A DNA stretch of 63,069 nt, the filler included, from Octopus bimaculoides (taxonomy: Eukaryota): the NCBI RefSeq assembly GCF_001194135.2. It is 4 parts of 4 records of this genome, joined end to end, with 100 filler letters (N's around TTAATTAATTAA, not from the genome) between each part and the next. Parts side by side here need not be neighbours in the genome. Positions count along the whole stretch, not along the records: positions 27,133 to 50,977 come from NC_069005.1; 3 more parts are not named here. One strand, 5' to 3'. Shown here piece after piece: positions 37,653-50,525 of the stretch (position 1 is the first letter of the stretch; each line of letters opens with the position of its first letter). Under the pieces are notes generated by a model that made no database searches, was not told the DNA's origin, and saw only the letters and a program-made list of their open reading frames with translations. The translations under genes and the position numbers were made by a program.

Positions 37653-38689
37653 TTATCCATCTGTCTATCCATCTGTCTATCTACTTACCCACCTATACAA
37701 ATAACTGTGTAGTTGTTGTTTCATCCCAAGATCTGTCCTGATTAAGCAAACTTATGATCAAAGGTGTTCCAACCATGACCGTCACGTTTTTTTTTGGGGG
37801 GGGGTTCTTTTTGTATCTTTAAAACTATCTTTCTTCGACGAGCTCTTCCTATTTTAAGACGGCAGGTGTAATTTGAAGGAATTTGGCTGGTTTTTCTAGC
37901 AAACAGGGTGACTACGTGNNNNNNNNNNNNNNNNNNNNNNNNNNNNNNNNNNNNNNNNNNNNNNNNNNNNNNNNNNNNNNNNNNNNNNNNNNNNNNNNNN
38001 NNNNNNNNNNNNNNNNNNNNNNNNNNNNNNNNNNNNNNNNNNNNNNNNNNNNNNNNNNNNNNNNNNNNNNNNNNNNNNNNNNNNNNNNNNNNNNNNNNNN
38101 NNNNNNNNNNNNNNNNNNNNNNNNNNNNNNNNNNNNNNNNNNNNNNNNNNNNNNNNNNNNNNNNNNNNNNNNNNNNNNNNNNNNNNNNNNNNNNNNNNNN
38201 NNNNNNNNNNNNNNNNNNNNNNNNNNNNNNNNNNNNNNNNNNNNNNNNNNNNNNNNNNNNNNNNNNNNNNNNNNNNNNNNNNNNNNNNNNNNNNNNNNNN
38301 NNNNNNNNNNNNNNNNNNNNNNNNNNNNNNNNNNNNNNNNNNNNNNNNNNNNNNNNNNNNNNNNNNNNNNNNNNNNNNNNNNNNNNNNNNNNNNNNNNNN
38401 NNNNNNNNNNNNNNNNNNNNNNNNNNNNNNNNNNNNNNNNNNNNNNNNNNNNNNNNNNNNNNNNNNNNNNNNNNNNNNNNNNNNNNNNNNNNNNNNNNNN
38501 NNNNNNNNNNNNNNNNNNNNNNNNNNNNNNNNNNNNNNNNNNNNNNNNNNNNNNNNNNNNNNTGTGTGTGTGTGTGTAGATATATATATCATATATAGCT
38601 TTTTACTTCTCTATGTTGGCACATATTTATCAACCTATCTATCTGTTTATCTATCTTTCTACCTACCTGTCAATCTATCTATCTATTTC

Positions 38690-38722
<33 letters not shown>

Positions 38723-38725
38723 ATC

Positions 38726-38759
<34 letters not shown>

Positions 38760-38795
38760 CATACATACATATAAATATGCATACATGTGTGTATG

Positions 38796-38836
<41 letters not shown>

Positions 38837-38866
38837 TTTGTGTGTGTATATATATGTGTGTGTTTG

Positions 38867-38900
<34 letters not shown>

Positions 38901-40415
38901 CATAACATACATACATATATATATATGTATATATGTATGTATGTATATGTATGTGTGTATGTATTTACTTCTGTCTTTTTATCTAAATCCTCCCACTCCT
39001 TCTCCTCCCCCTTTCAGTCTTCCTAACCGTTTCCATTCCACCACCACCCTCCTCCCCCCTCCCCCCACATCTCTTTCGTCTTATCAAACCACCTTTTTCG
39101 CGATGTGTACGTGTGTTTGTGCGTGCGTATATCCAAATGTGTGTGTGTGTGAGTGTGTGTGTCTATGTATGTATGTATTATGTGTGTATGTGTGTATACG
39201 GTTATGTATTTATACTTACATGTGAGCTTCTATACACGATTACATACATACATACATACATACATACGTACACACGCTCACACACATATATACTCACATG
39301 CACACGTACATACATCCACACACATACATACATATATATACACACACATATATTCACCCGCACACATACATACACGCATATTCACACACATACACGTGCA
39401 TATGCACTCATACATGCATATATACACATGCATACACACACATATACGCACAAACATACACACACATGCATACACACATACACACATTTAAACGTATATT
39501 TAAACACACACACACACATATTTACACACATACACACACNNNNNNNNNNNNNNNNNNNNNNNNNNNNNNNNNNNNNNNNNNNNNNNNNNNNNNNNNNNNN
39601 NNNNNNNNNNNNNNNNNNNNNNNNNNNNNNNNNNNNNNNNNNNNNNNNNNNNNNNNNNNNNNNNNNNNNNNNNNNNNNNNNNNNNNNNNNNNNNNNNNNN
39701 NNNNNNNNNNNNNNNNNNNNNNNNNNNNNNNNNNNNNNNNNNNNNNNNNNNNNNNNNNNNNNNNNNNNNNNNNNNNNNNNNNNNNNNNNNNNNNNNNNNN
39801 NNNNNNNNNNNNNNNNNNNNNNNNNNNNNNNNNNNNNNNNNNNNNNNNNNNNNNNNNNNNNNNNNNNNNNNNNNNNNNNNNNNNNNNNNNNNNNNNNNNN
39901 NNNNNNNNNNNNNNNNNNNNNNNNNNNNNNNNNNNNNNNNNNNNNNNNNNNNNNNNNNNNNNNNNNNNNNNNNNNNNNNNNNNNNNNNNNNNNNNNNNNN
40001 NNNNNNNNNNNNNNNNNNNNNNNNNNNNNNNNNNNNNNNNNNNNNNNNNNNNNNNNNNNNNNNNNNNNNNNNNNNNNNNNNNNNNNNNNNNNNNNNNNNN
40101 NNNNNNNNNNNNNNNNNNNNNNNNNNNNNNNNNNNNNNNNNNNNNNNNNNNNNNNNNNNNNNNNNNNNNNNNNNNNNNNNCCCCCTCACCCACTCCCCCT
40201 CACCCACTCCCCCTCTCTCTTCTTCTTGGTCTATCTGTCACCCTCTCTCTCATTTTCTCTCTCTCTCTCTCTCACACACACTTATTACCTTCTGCTTCAT
40301 TTTTTCTTTAACCAATCTCATTCTTTCATCCTACCGCTCTCTTTTTCCTTTCCCCCTCTCTCTCTCTCCCTCCCTCTCTTTCTTTCCCCTCTTTCTCTCT
40401 CTTTATTTCCCCCTC

Positions 40416-40446
<31 letters not shown>

Positions 40447-41741
40447 CACTTTCACCATTGAAGCAGATTTGGATGCAATTGCGTTGTTTCTCAATGACAT
40501 TCTTTTACCTTGATTGTTCCATAATTTCACATCTTCACATCACTCTCTCACATACATACATATATAAACAAACATACATATATATACATACATATATACA
40601 TACATATATATATATAAACACATGCATATACATATATACATATATAGACATGTAAATATGCAGATATATATATATACACATATATACATATATACATATA
40701 TACATACACACACACACACACATATACATACATATATATATATAAACATATACACATAGATATATGTACATATATACATACACACACACACACTATATAC
40801 ATATACATAAATACATACATATATACATATATATATATAAATACATATATATGTATGTGTATGTATGCGTATATATATATGTGTGTGTGTATGTGTGTAT
40901 ACACATGTATGTATATATATATATATATATATATATAAATACATATTCCTCTCTCTGCACTTCTCTTCCTCCCCCCCACACACCTCTCTCACTCTTCCCT
41001 CACCTCTCCGTATCTTTCGTTCTCTATCAATCTATCTGTCTATCTACCTATCTATCTGTACATCTGTCAGCCTGTCTGTCTATCTGTCAGTCTGTCTGTC
41101 TGTTTGTCTATCTCTAGCTTTCTGCCTCCTCTTCCACCTCCTCCTCCTCCTCCTCTTCCTCCNNNNNNNNNNNNNNNNNNNNNNNNNNNNNNNNNNNNNN
41201 NNNNNNNNNNNNNNNNNNNNNNNNNNNNNNNNNNNNNNNNNNNNNNNNNNNNNNNNNNNNNNNNNNNNNNNNNNNNNNNNNNNNNNNNNNNNNNNNNNNN
41301 NNNNNNNNNNNNNNNNNNNNNNNNNNNNNNNNNNNNNNNNNNNNNNNNNNNNNNNNNNNNNNNNNNNNNNNNNNNNNNNNNNNNNNNNNNNNNNNNNNNN
41401 NNNNNNNNNNNNNNNNNNNNNNNNNNNNNNNNNNNNNNNNNNNNNNNNNNNNNNNNNNNNNNNNNNNNNNNNNNNNNNNNNNNNNNNNNNNNNNNNNNNN
41501 NNNNNNNNNNNNNNNNNNNNNNNNNNNNNNNNNNNNNNNNNNNNNNNNNNNNNNNNNNNNNNNNNNNNNNNNNNNNNNNNNNNNNNNNNNNNNNNNNNNN
41601 NNNNNNNNNNNNNNNNNNNNNNNNNNNNNNNNNNNNNNNNNNNNNNNNNNNNNNNNNNNNNNNNNNNNNNNNNNNNNNNNNNNNNNNNNNNNNNNNNNNN
41701 NNNNNNNNNNNNNNNTCTTCATCACCATCTTCATCATCATC

Positions 41742-41793
<52 letters not shown>

Positions 41794-41811
41794 CAGTCAG
41801 CATCATCATCG

Positions 41812-41856
<45 letters not shown>

Positions 41857-41954
41857 CAGTCATCATCATCATCATCATCATCTTCATCAACATCACAGTC
41901 ATCACCTCCACTACAACTACCCACCCACCAACCACTGCAACCAAAGTCATCGTC

Positions 41955-42052
<98 letters not shown>

Positions 42053-42900
42053 CGTCTTCGTCGTCATCACCACCACCACCATCATCGTCTTCGTCGTCGT
42101 CGTGTTCGTCGTCGTCGTCGTTGTCATCATCGTCAGCATCAACACTACCACCGCCACCACCACCGTTATCGTTTTCATCAACGTCAGCATTCATCATCTC
42201 CATCATCTCTATCATCATCATCATCATCATTCTCATCGTCATGAAGATCATCATCGTCCTCCTCACTCTCACCATCAGCCTCATCATCATAATCGTCATC
42301 GTCGCGTCGTCGTCATCGTCATCATCATCATCATCGTCATCATCATCATTGTCGTCATCGTCATCTTCACCACGATCATTATCTTCATCAGCTTCATCAT
42401 TGTCACCTTCATATTCCTTCTTCGCACCAAAATCATCTTCATCACCCCCACCCACCCCTCCATCATTACCATCATCGTCATCATCATCATCACCGTTGAG
42501 ATCATCAACAAGATCAGTCATCCTCCTCCTCATCAACGCCATCATCATCATCATCATCATCATCATCACCATCATCACCATCATTACACCACTGTCACCA
42601 TCGCCACCATCACCACCACCACCACCACCACCGCCACCACCANNNNNNNNNNNNNNNNNNNNNNNNNNNNNNNCCCACCCCCACCCCACCACTCTCCCCC
42701 ACTATCGCCATGTTACATCCAGCTTCATCAGCTTCATCGCCATCGACACCAATACGAAACGCCATCGAGAGCTGTAACAACAGTTATAGCGGCTGCTGCA
42801 GCAGTTGGCTGTGTTGGTGATAACAACAGCAACAACAACAACAACAACAACAACTGCAGCAGCAGCAGCAACAACAATAACAACAACAGCCGTAGCAGCA
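36830..42900. repeat. Microsatellite field: (CT)n, (CTAT)n, (CA/TA)n, and a (CAT)/(CGT)/(TAG)/(CAC)/(CAA)/(CAG) trinucleotide mosaic, with gaps
   Basis: Direct inspection. It explains the low-complexity ORFs in the track. Confidence 0.95.
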
Positions 42901-43197
42901 GCAGCAGCATAAGAACAGGTAGAGCTACGGCTTCATTCTGCTGTATATAGAAATGAAACAAGAGGCGGATGTCAGAAACTGTTCAGTCAAACCGACGGTG
43001 AGAGAGAGGATGAACATGGCGGAGTGCTGATGAACGGTGAACTAATGAATTGACATATGCACATTGTGGATATAGAGAAAGAGAGAGCGAGCGAGCGAGC
43101 GAAACAGAGAGGCAGATAGCAAGACGGTGGAGAAGAATAGGTGGAGGGGAAAATGGGCGGGAAGAAGATAGTCGAGCGAACGAGTGAACGAACGAGC

Positions 43198-44235
43198 TGT
43201 CTGTTGGAAGAGAGTGAGCCAACAGATTGTCTGTTGGAGGCAGACGATAAGAGAGAGAAATGGCGATTTTGTAGAAAGGCAGACGATAAGAATAAAATGG
43301 ACCGTTGGAAGAAGGCAGCCCGATAAGAGAGAAAATGGACGATTTGTTGAAGGCAGAGTTTGAGAGAGAAATTAAACAATTTGTGGAAGGCAGACAGATA
43401 TTAAAAGAACCATGGGCGGTTTGTGGAAGGCTGAAGCAGAAATATGAATAAATAACGTCGCTATTTGTGGAGAACGGCTCGGTAGGTGTTTGTGGAAGAC
43501 GTGATGATGAGATGAATCAGCAGTTTGTGGAAGACTGTGAGAGAAAATAGGTTAACTACATCCTTAATTGTGGAAGATAATGAGAGGAGGGGTGTGCGTT
43601 AGAAATTTGTGGAAGATAGATATTTGGAAAGATTGGAAATTTGGGGAAGGCCATGAAAGAAATGCAGCTTAACAATATCTCTGTATGCGGAAGGGTAATG
43701 CGAGAGAGGCGAACTCAGAGTTGTGGAAGACAAACAACAAGAAGACCGTTAAGTACAGAATCCTGATAAAAGGTGAATTCATCACTGTTCTGGACATTTT
43801 TTTGTTTTTTTTTTTCAAGAGAAGAGAGAAATTAAAAAGATAAGAAGAATGAGCATTTTATCTAAGACTTCTAAGTGTAAACTATTTGCGAGATGAAGAG
43901 AGACTGTGTGTGAGAAAGGGAGTGAGCGAGAGAAGGAAGAAGGAGATGAATTAACCATTTGTAAAAGACATGGCCGTCATCTTCACCACGAGAGAGAAAG
44001 GTGTAGTTTTCAAAAGATCATGACAGGCATGTAATTGAAGGCTGTGAAAGTAATGGCGGGACTGGATTTCTTTGTTTCGCTCGATTATTTGTTTTTGTTT
44101 TTGTTTTTATTTTACGTGGTTGGAGCCGGAACAATTAGATAAACGTGGAGAGCATTTTTGGAATGCAATGTGAGGAATAAACTAATTGTAGAAGGGAGTA
44201 ACGAAAACATCAATTAATTAATTAATTGTGGAAGA
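43198..44235. repeat. Degenerate array of ~16 TTTGTGGAAG(A/G)C-type motifs; eight are miR-7 seed matches on the - strand
   Basis: TGGAAGA occurs at 43205, 43306, 43493, 43528, 43571, 43610, 43724 and 44229. TGGAAGAC occurs at 43493, 43528 and 43724. Spacers are mostly 25-45 bp and variable. Confidence 0.85.
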
Positions 44236-44839
44236 AGACGAGAGGGAGATAGGACAATGCGTAGTTCACTGTCTGAGATTAGTTGGCCATTATGAAAAAT
44301 GGCGTAGATGGACAAATTATTTGTGAGAGAGAGAGAGAGAGTAGTGAGAGAAACAAAGAGGGGGAATTAACTGAGGTGTTTCGAAAGACATTACAGAAGA
44401 AAGAAAAGAAAGAAAGAAAAAGAAAATACAGAAAGAAAAGAGGGGAGAGAAGGTAAAAAACAAAGAAAGAAAATCTATATCTGGACTTCGATAACAAACT
44501 CTCATTAACAATGTATTAGCGGTGATATAAACGCAAAAGTGAAGTAAATCGAACATTCATTCAGTCGAGAAGAACCATGATGGAGAGGGAACGAGAATTA
44601 TGGCAGAGATATAGGGTGGGGAGAAGAGGGAGAAGACGGAGAACATGATGGAACGTTCACCTATCACCCTTGATTTGAATAAACAGTTTGTTCATGGTAA
44701 AGTTGGTGGTAACATATTTAATGCGATTTGTGCATTTAAAAGACTTTTATTTACTGACAAAGGTTCGTATTAACATATTTAAAACAACGGGTCATTTATA
44801 AGGCTGACTTGAAATCAATGTGAGGAGACAGACAAACAG

Positions 44840-44891
<52 letters not shown>

Positions 44892-44944
44892 CCGTTTGTG
44901 TTAGCATATTTAGATAAAGGAACGTTAAATAGCTAACTAGAAAT

Positions 44945-45255
44945 AATTATGCGATGGTCCTTACGTTCTGAGTTCGAATCCTACCGAAGTCCACTTTGCC
45001 TTTCATCATTTCGGGATCGATAAAATAAGTACCAACTAAACGCTGGGGTCGATGTATTCGGTTTATCCCCTTCCCTGAAATTGCTGGCTTTGGGCGAAAA
45101 TTTGAAACCAATATTAATTTCATTTTTTCTTTTTTAAAAAGCCAGCCTGGCAGAATCGTTTGCAAGCCGTACGTCCTGAGTTCAAATTCAGTGTAACCGC
45201 CTTACACCCTGCCTCGAACTTGCTGGCCCTGAGCCAAAATCTGAAATCAATATTA
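44945..45255. mobile_element. Two family A SINEs in divergent orientation (- at 44945-45150, + from ~45140)
   Basis: Similarity to family A on both strands. Confidence 0.75.
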
Positions 45256-46612
45256 ATTTCATCGTTCGTAAGTACGGGGGAGANNNNNNNNNNNNNNNNN
45301 NNNNNNNNNNNNNNNNNNNNNNNNNNNNNNNNNNNNNNNNNNNNNNNNNNNNNNNNNNNNNNNNNNNNNNNNNNNNNNNNNNNNNNNNNNNNNNNNNNNN
45401 NNNNNNNNNNNNNNNNNNNNNNNNNNNNNNNNNNNNNNNNNNNNNNNNNNNNNNNNNNNNNNNNNNNNNNNNNNNNNNNNNNNNNNNNNNNNNNNNNNNN
45501 NNNNNNNNNNNNNNNNNNNNNNNNNNNNNNNNNNNNNNNNNNNNNNNNNNNNNNNNNNNNNNNNNNNNNNNNNNNNNNNNNNNNNNNNNNNNNNNNNNNN
45601 NNNNNNNNNNNNNNNNNNNNNNNNNNNNNNNNNNNNNNNNNNNNNNNNNNNNNNNNNNNNNNNNNNNNNNNNNNNNNNNNNNNNNNNNNNNNNNNNNNNN
45701 NNNNNNNNNNNNNNNNNNNNNNNNNNNNNNNNNNNNNNNNNNNNNNNNNNNNNNNNNNNNNNNNNNNNNNNNNNNNNNNNNNNNNNNNNNNNNNNNNNNN
45801 NNNNNNNNNNNNNNNNNNNNNNNNNNNNNNNNNNNNNNNNNNNNNNNNNNNNNNNNNNNNNNNNNNNNNNNNNNNNNNNNNNNNNNNNNNNNNNNNNNNN
45901 NNNNNNNNNNNNNNNNNNNNNNNNNNNNNNNNNNNNNNNNNNNNNNNNNNNNNNNNNNNNNNNNNNNNNNNNNNNNNNNNNNNNNNNNNNNNNNNNNNNN
46001 NNNNNNNNNNNNNNNNNNNNNNNNNNNNNNNNNNNNNNNNNNNNNNNNNNNNNNNNNNNNNNNNNNNNNNNNNNNNNNNNNNNNNNNNNNNNNNNNNNNN
46101 NNNNNNNNNNNNNNNNNNNNNNNNNNNNNNNNNNNNNNNNNNNNNNNNNNNNNNNNNNNNNNNNNNNNNNNNNNNNNNNNNNNNNNNNNNNNNNNNNNNN
46201 NNNNNNNNNNNNNNNNNNNNNNNNNNNNNNNNNNNNNNNNNNNNNNNNNNNNNNNNNNNNNNNNTAAACTCTCAACACAAACCGTAGAGAGGCCGTCGTC
46301 GAATACGGCGTGTCTCAGACATCTTTAAACATGGCGGAACCCATCCCTGTACAGGTCGAATAGCAGCCGATTTCTTCCCGAGAGCGTGAAGATAAGAGAG
46401 AGAGAGAGAGAAAGAGAAAGAGAGAGAGAAAGAGAAAGAGAGAGACATAGAGGGAATGGAGAAGTCAATCTCGTAGTACTGGACTAGTATAGTCTCTTGC
46501 ACAGACATGATCTTGTAGTTAATAAATTTACATTATGCTGATGGTGGGTTGATCCAAATTATGACCAGATTATATCAGTCATTGTATTATAAAGAGTACT
46601 TACATTCCGTGA

Positions 46613-46795
46613 GTGGAGGCGCAGTGGCCCGGTGGTTAGGACAGCGGACTTGCGGTCATAGGATCGCGGTTTCGATTCCCAGACCGTGTGTTGTGAGTGT
46701 TTATTGAGCGAAAACACCTAAAGCTTCACGAGGCTCCGGCAGGGGATGGTGGCGAACCCTGCTGTACTCTTTCACCACAACTTTCTCTCACTCTT
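46613..46795 (+). mobile_element. SINE family D 5' part (tRNA-like head)
   Basis: GTGGAGGCGCAGTGGCCCGGTGGTTAGG (A box) and GGTTTCGATTCCC (B box). Continues into the gap. Confidence 0.9.
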
Positions 46796-47964
46796 NNNNN
46801 NNNNNNNNNNNNNNNNNNNNNNNNNNNNNNNNNNNNNNNNNNNNNNNNNNNNNNNNNNNNNNNNNNNNNNNNNNNNNNNNNNNNNNNNNNNNNNNNNNNN
46901 NNNNNNNNNNNNNNNNNNNNNNNNNNNNNNNNNNNNNNNNNNNNNNNNNNNNNNNNNNNNNNNNNNNNNNNNNNNNNNNNNNNNNNNNNNNNNNNNNNNN
47001 NNNNNNNNNNNNNNNNNNNNNNNNNNNNNNNNNNNNNNNNNNNNNNNNNNNNNNNNNNNNNNNNNNNNNNNNNNNNNNNNNNNNNNNNNNNNNNNNNNNN
47101 NNNNNNNNNNNNNNNNNNNNNNNNNNNNNNNNNNNNNNNNNNNNNNNNNNNNNNNNNNNNNNNNNNNNNNNNNNNNNNNNNNNNNNNNNNNNNNNNNNNN
47201 NNNNNNNNNNNNNNNNNNNNNNNNNNNNNNNNNNNNNNNNNNNNNNNNNNNNNNNNNNNNNNNNNNNNNNNNNNNNNNNNNNNNNNNNNNNNNNNNNNNN
47301 NNNNNNNNNNNNNNNNNNNNNNNNNNNNNNNNNNNNNNNNNNNNNNNNNNNNNNNNNNNNNNNNNNNNNNNNNNNNNNNNNNNNNNNNNNNNNNNNNNNN
47401 NNNNNNNNNNNNNNNNNNNNNNNNNNNNNNNNNNNNNNNNNNNNNNNNNNNNNNNNNNNNNNNNNNNNNNNNNNNNNNNNNNNNNNNNNNNNNNNNNNNN
47501 NNNNNNNNNNNNNNNNNNNNNNNNNNNNNNNNNNNNNNNNNNNNNNNNNNNNNNNNNNNNNNNNNNNNNNNNNNNNNNNNNNNNNNNNNNNNNNNNNNNN
47601 NNNNNNNNNNNNNNNNNNNNNNNNNNNNNNNNNNNNNNNNNNNNNNNNNNNNNNNNNNNNNNNNNNNNNNNNNNNNNNNNNNNNNNNNNNNNNNNNNNNN
47701 NNNNNNNNNNNNNNNNNNNNNNNNNNNNNNNNNNNNNNNNNTTTTTCATCTAAACTCACAGAGGTATCTGCAGTTACACCCTAATCATTGCATGGCAGTT
47801 TATCTTACATTCCAAACCATTTTATTACCGATGCCAATCTTCAAAAGCGCTTGCAAAGCATATGTTCAAATAAAGCATTCTATGTGACTTTAAACCAGAT
47901 GGCAACAGAAACAAGAAGCGATGTTGTTGAGATTACCTCATGCAATTTGTATTTTTCTCTTCTC

Positions 47965-48022
<58 letters not shown>

Positions 48023-48524
48023 CTATCTATTTATCTCTTTCTGTTTCATTCACTGCTTTCTCATTAGTGTTAGAGTTTTTGTTTGGAGGACAGTATTTCC
48101 CGCAAATAACCAATAAGGAAACGCAAGAGCTGATACAGCTTTGCACCATTGTCGAATTGTTGCAGGGATGCCGCCAGAAAGCAAAGAGTTGGAGCATACG
48201 TAATACCACAAATAGGTAGGAAGTGTAGTTTTAAAATATTTTGAATTATCACTAGAAGACATGTACTCAAGATTCAGAAGATGTTATGAATTATTAAAAG
48301 TTTATGATTTGAAGACGCTTTTTCTTATAAATAATGGATTAATATTTAAGCATGCTCTAGCCCTCAAACTGCTCGAAGTTCAGAATGTAATTATAAGAGA
48401 GAAAAGAATTCGCATTGCACTCAAGAAAAATTAGGTTATGAAAGTTCTTCAAACAACAAGCAGCTACATACCCATGATGCCTAAAATTTGAAAATTGTGA
48501 GTCCAAAACATTATGGTAAACGTA

Positions 48525-48563
<39 letters not shown>

Positions 48564-48782
48564 GTGTACATTTAAACACAAGAGAAAACTACCTTCAACA
48601 GGTAGTTTTTACACGTTTGTAGTCAAAACGACCAAAGCCACAATTTAAGAGCAATCTTCAAAAGGAATGAAAAATAAAAACTTTTTACCTGGTTATTTTA
48701 TTCCCTGTTATTTTATTTAATTATCGTGTATATCGTTGGCGATTTTTTCTTCCTCTGTCTTTCCCTTCTTTGGACTTTCTTT

Positions 48783-48817
48783 GTTTCCGACGAAGAGCTC
48801 CGCTCGAAACGTCAAAT
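48783..48817 (+). ncRNA. Minimal hammerhead ribozyme motif, probably inactivated (U4C)
   Basis: GTTT-CCGACGA-A-GAGC(TCC)GCTC-GAAAC-GTC-AAAT. Stem II is 4 bp, the loop-less palindromic ACGT stem III is typical of dimeric hammerheads, and the triplet is GUC. Confidence 0.65.
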
Positions 48818-49738
48818 TCTCTTTCTTTCNNNNNNNNNNNNNNNNNNNNNNNNNNNNNNNNNNNNNNNNNNNNNNNNNNNNNNNNNNNNNNNNNNNNNNN
48901 NNNNNNNNNNNNNNNNNNNNNNNNNNNNNNNNNNNNNNNNNNNNNNNNNNNNNNNNNNNNNNNNNNNNNNNNNNNNNNNNNNNNNNNNNNNNNNNNNNNN
49001 NNNNNNNNNNNNNNNNNNNNNNNNNNNNNNNNNNNNNNNNNNNNNNNNNNNNNNNNNNNNNNNNNNNNNNNNNNNNNNNNNNNNNNNNNNNNNNNNNNNN
49101 NNNNNNNNNNNNNNNNNNNNNNNNNNNNNNNNNNNNNNNNNNNNNNNNNNNNNNNNNNNNNNNNNNNNNNNNNNNNNNNNNNNNNNNNNNNNNNNNNNNN
49201 NNNNNNNNNNNNNNNNNNNNNNNNNNNNNNNNNNNNNNNNGGCTAGCTAAGCCATCGTCGGATGATGGCTTCCAAATTGTCTTCGCGTTCCGACTGCATT
49301 CTGCAATCTAGTCAGCTGTGACAAGTAGTGTTTTTGAGAGGGTGTGTTCAAAGTGCCGTAACAGCCGTCTCATTGGATCTGGAATAACAAAAGTTGGCAT
49401 GTCAGCTTATTAGAAGTATAGTAATGATATATATAAATTATAATAATCTAGGGCAATTTATAACTGCCTCTCGCAAAGAAGAAAGCCTCAAATCTTCTGA
49501 TACACAGATATATAGTATATCTCGTGTATACAGTTATATCTAGGACTGCTACAGCTAAGTTAGGCACTTGGCGTAGATTATTCCCCGCTTCAGTCAATTT
49601 CCAGTACTGTGGTGTAATTACTACTAAACTTAATAGTATTGCTGGTTATGATATACAGAGCAAAAGTAGGAGAAATTATAAGCACAAGTTTGTCGTTTGT
49701 TCCCAGTGAAACGTACGAAAGGAACAAACGGCACAAAT

Positions 49739-49774
<36 letters not shown>

Positions 49775-49852
49775 GTATATGTGCGTGTATGTATGTATGT
49801 ATGTATGTATGTAGAGATAGATAGATAGATAGATATATAGATAGATAGATAT

Positions 49853-49914
<62 letters not shown>

Positions 49915-50336
49915 GCAAAATTGAACACAATAGCAGTAACGCCACTTTTAATTAACTAATTTTCTATTGGCAATATGACAAATTTTTTTTAAAAACTGTT
50001 CCAGTCTGTAAATGTGTGTGTTTGTGTGTGTGTTTTGTATGTCTTGTACTTCATGACATAGCCATCTGTTTTTCTTTTTTTGTAGATATTTATATTTAAA
50101 TTAATTAAAATGCGTAACCTTTCCGATTTCCAAAGAGGATAAATTGTTGGAACGCAGATGCTGAAACTTCGGTTACTAAAAACTTGTGAATTGGTTGATG
50201 CTTCGAGTGGTACAGTCTCTAAAAATTATTTTGGCATTCCAAAACTAAAGCTAAAACAAGCCAAGGGAAACATAATCCTAAAAGGGGGATCGCAAAATAG
50301 TGAAACGTATCTTGTCCGAAAACCATTGCACTACAA

Positions 50337-50525
50337 CAGTGCTCCGCAACCCCTCTTTTCACTTGCGGTACACTTATATTCTTTACAAAATTCGGCGGCA
50401 CACTTAAACTAAAAATATAACTAAAAGTATAAGGGGAAAAAATTATATTCAGGTTACGCTGCGGCACACCTAGCACCGTCTTGTAGCACACCAGTGTGCC
50501 GCGGTGTACCGGTTGCGGAGCACTG
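50337..50525. mobile_element. Non-autonomous hAT MITE, 189 bp
   Basis: Perfect 15-bp TIR CAGTGCTCCGCAACC / GGTTGCGGAGCACTG. Perfect 8-bp TSD CACTACAA at 50329-50336 and 50526-50533. Confidence 0.93.

Noticed and set aside
41716-42692. Long Asp/Gly-rich ORF (-) resembling an acidic biomineralisation protein, and poly-His/Ser ORFs (+)
   Set aside because: It is a trinucleotide-repeat mosaic with several frames open at once, which is expected from triplet slippage. No supporting splice sites were found.
43493-43540. miR-7 precursor gene on the + strand
   Set aside because: Only the first 8-9 nt of miR-7 match contiguously. The full mature sequence and a star arm are absent.
43198-43731. CRISPR-like repeat-spacer appearance
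   Set aside because: The repeats are only about 10 bp and degenerate, the spacers are related to each other, there are no cas genes, and the context is eukaryotic.
44053-44142. Signal-peptide-like ORF MAGLDFFVSLDYLFLFLFLFYVVGAGTIR as the MMP first exon
   Set aside because: It ends in a stop with no donor, and the hydrophobic stretch comes from a (TTTTTG)n repeat.
46613-46685. tRNA gene calls for SINE heads (also ~33500-33830 and family A/B heads)
   Set aside because: There is no complete cloverleaf or acceptor stem, and each head continues into a shared SINE body.
48070-48215. Phase-2-ending exon candidate as the partner of the MMP exon
   Set aside because: The phase fits, but the peptide lacks any MMP prodomain feature (no YLxxYGY) and two linkers intervene.
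1505-49311. Long ORFs in the track containing X runs, and (HT)n/(CV)n/(YI)n/(LS)n ORFs
   Set aside because: They are read-through of N gaps and dinucleotide or tetranucleotide microsatellites.
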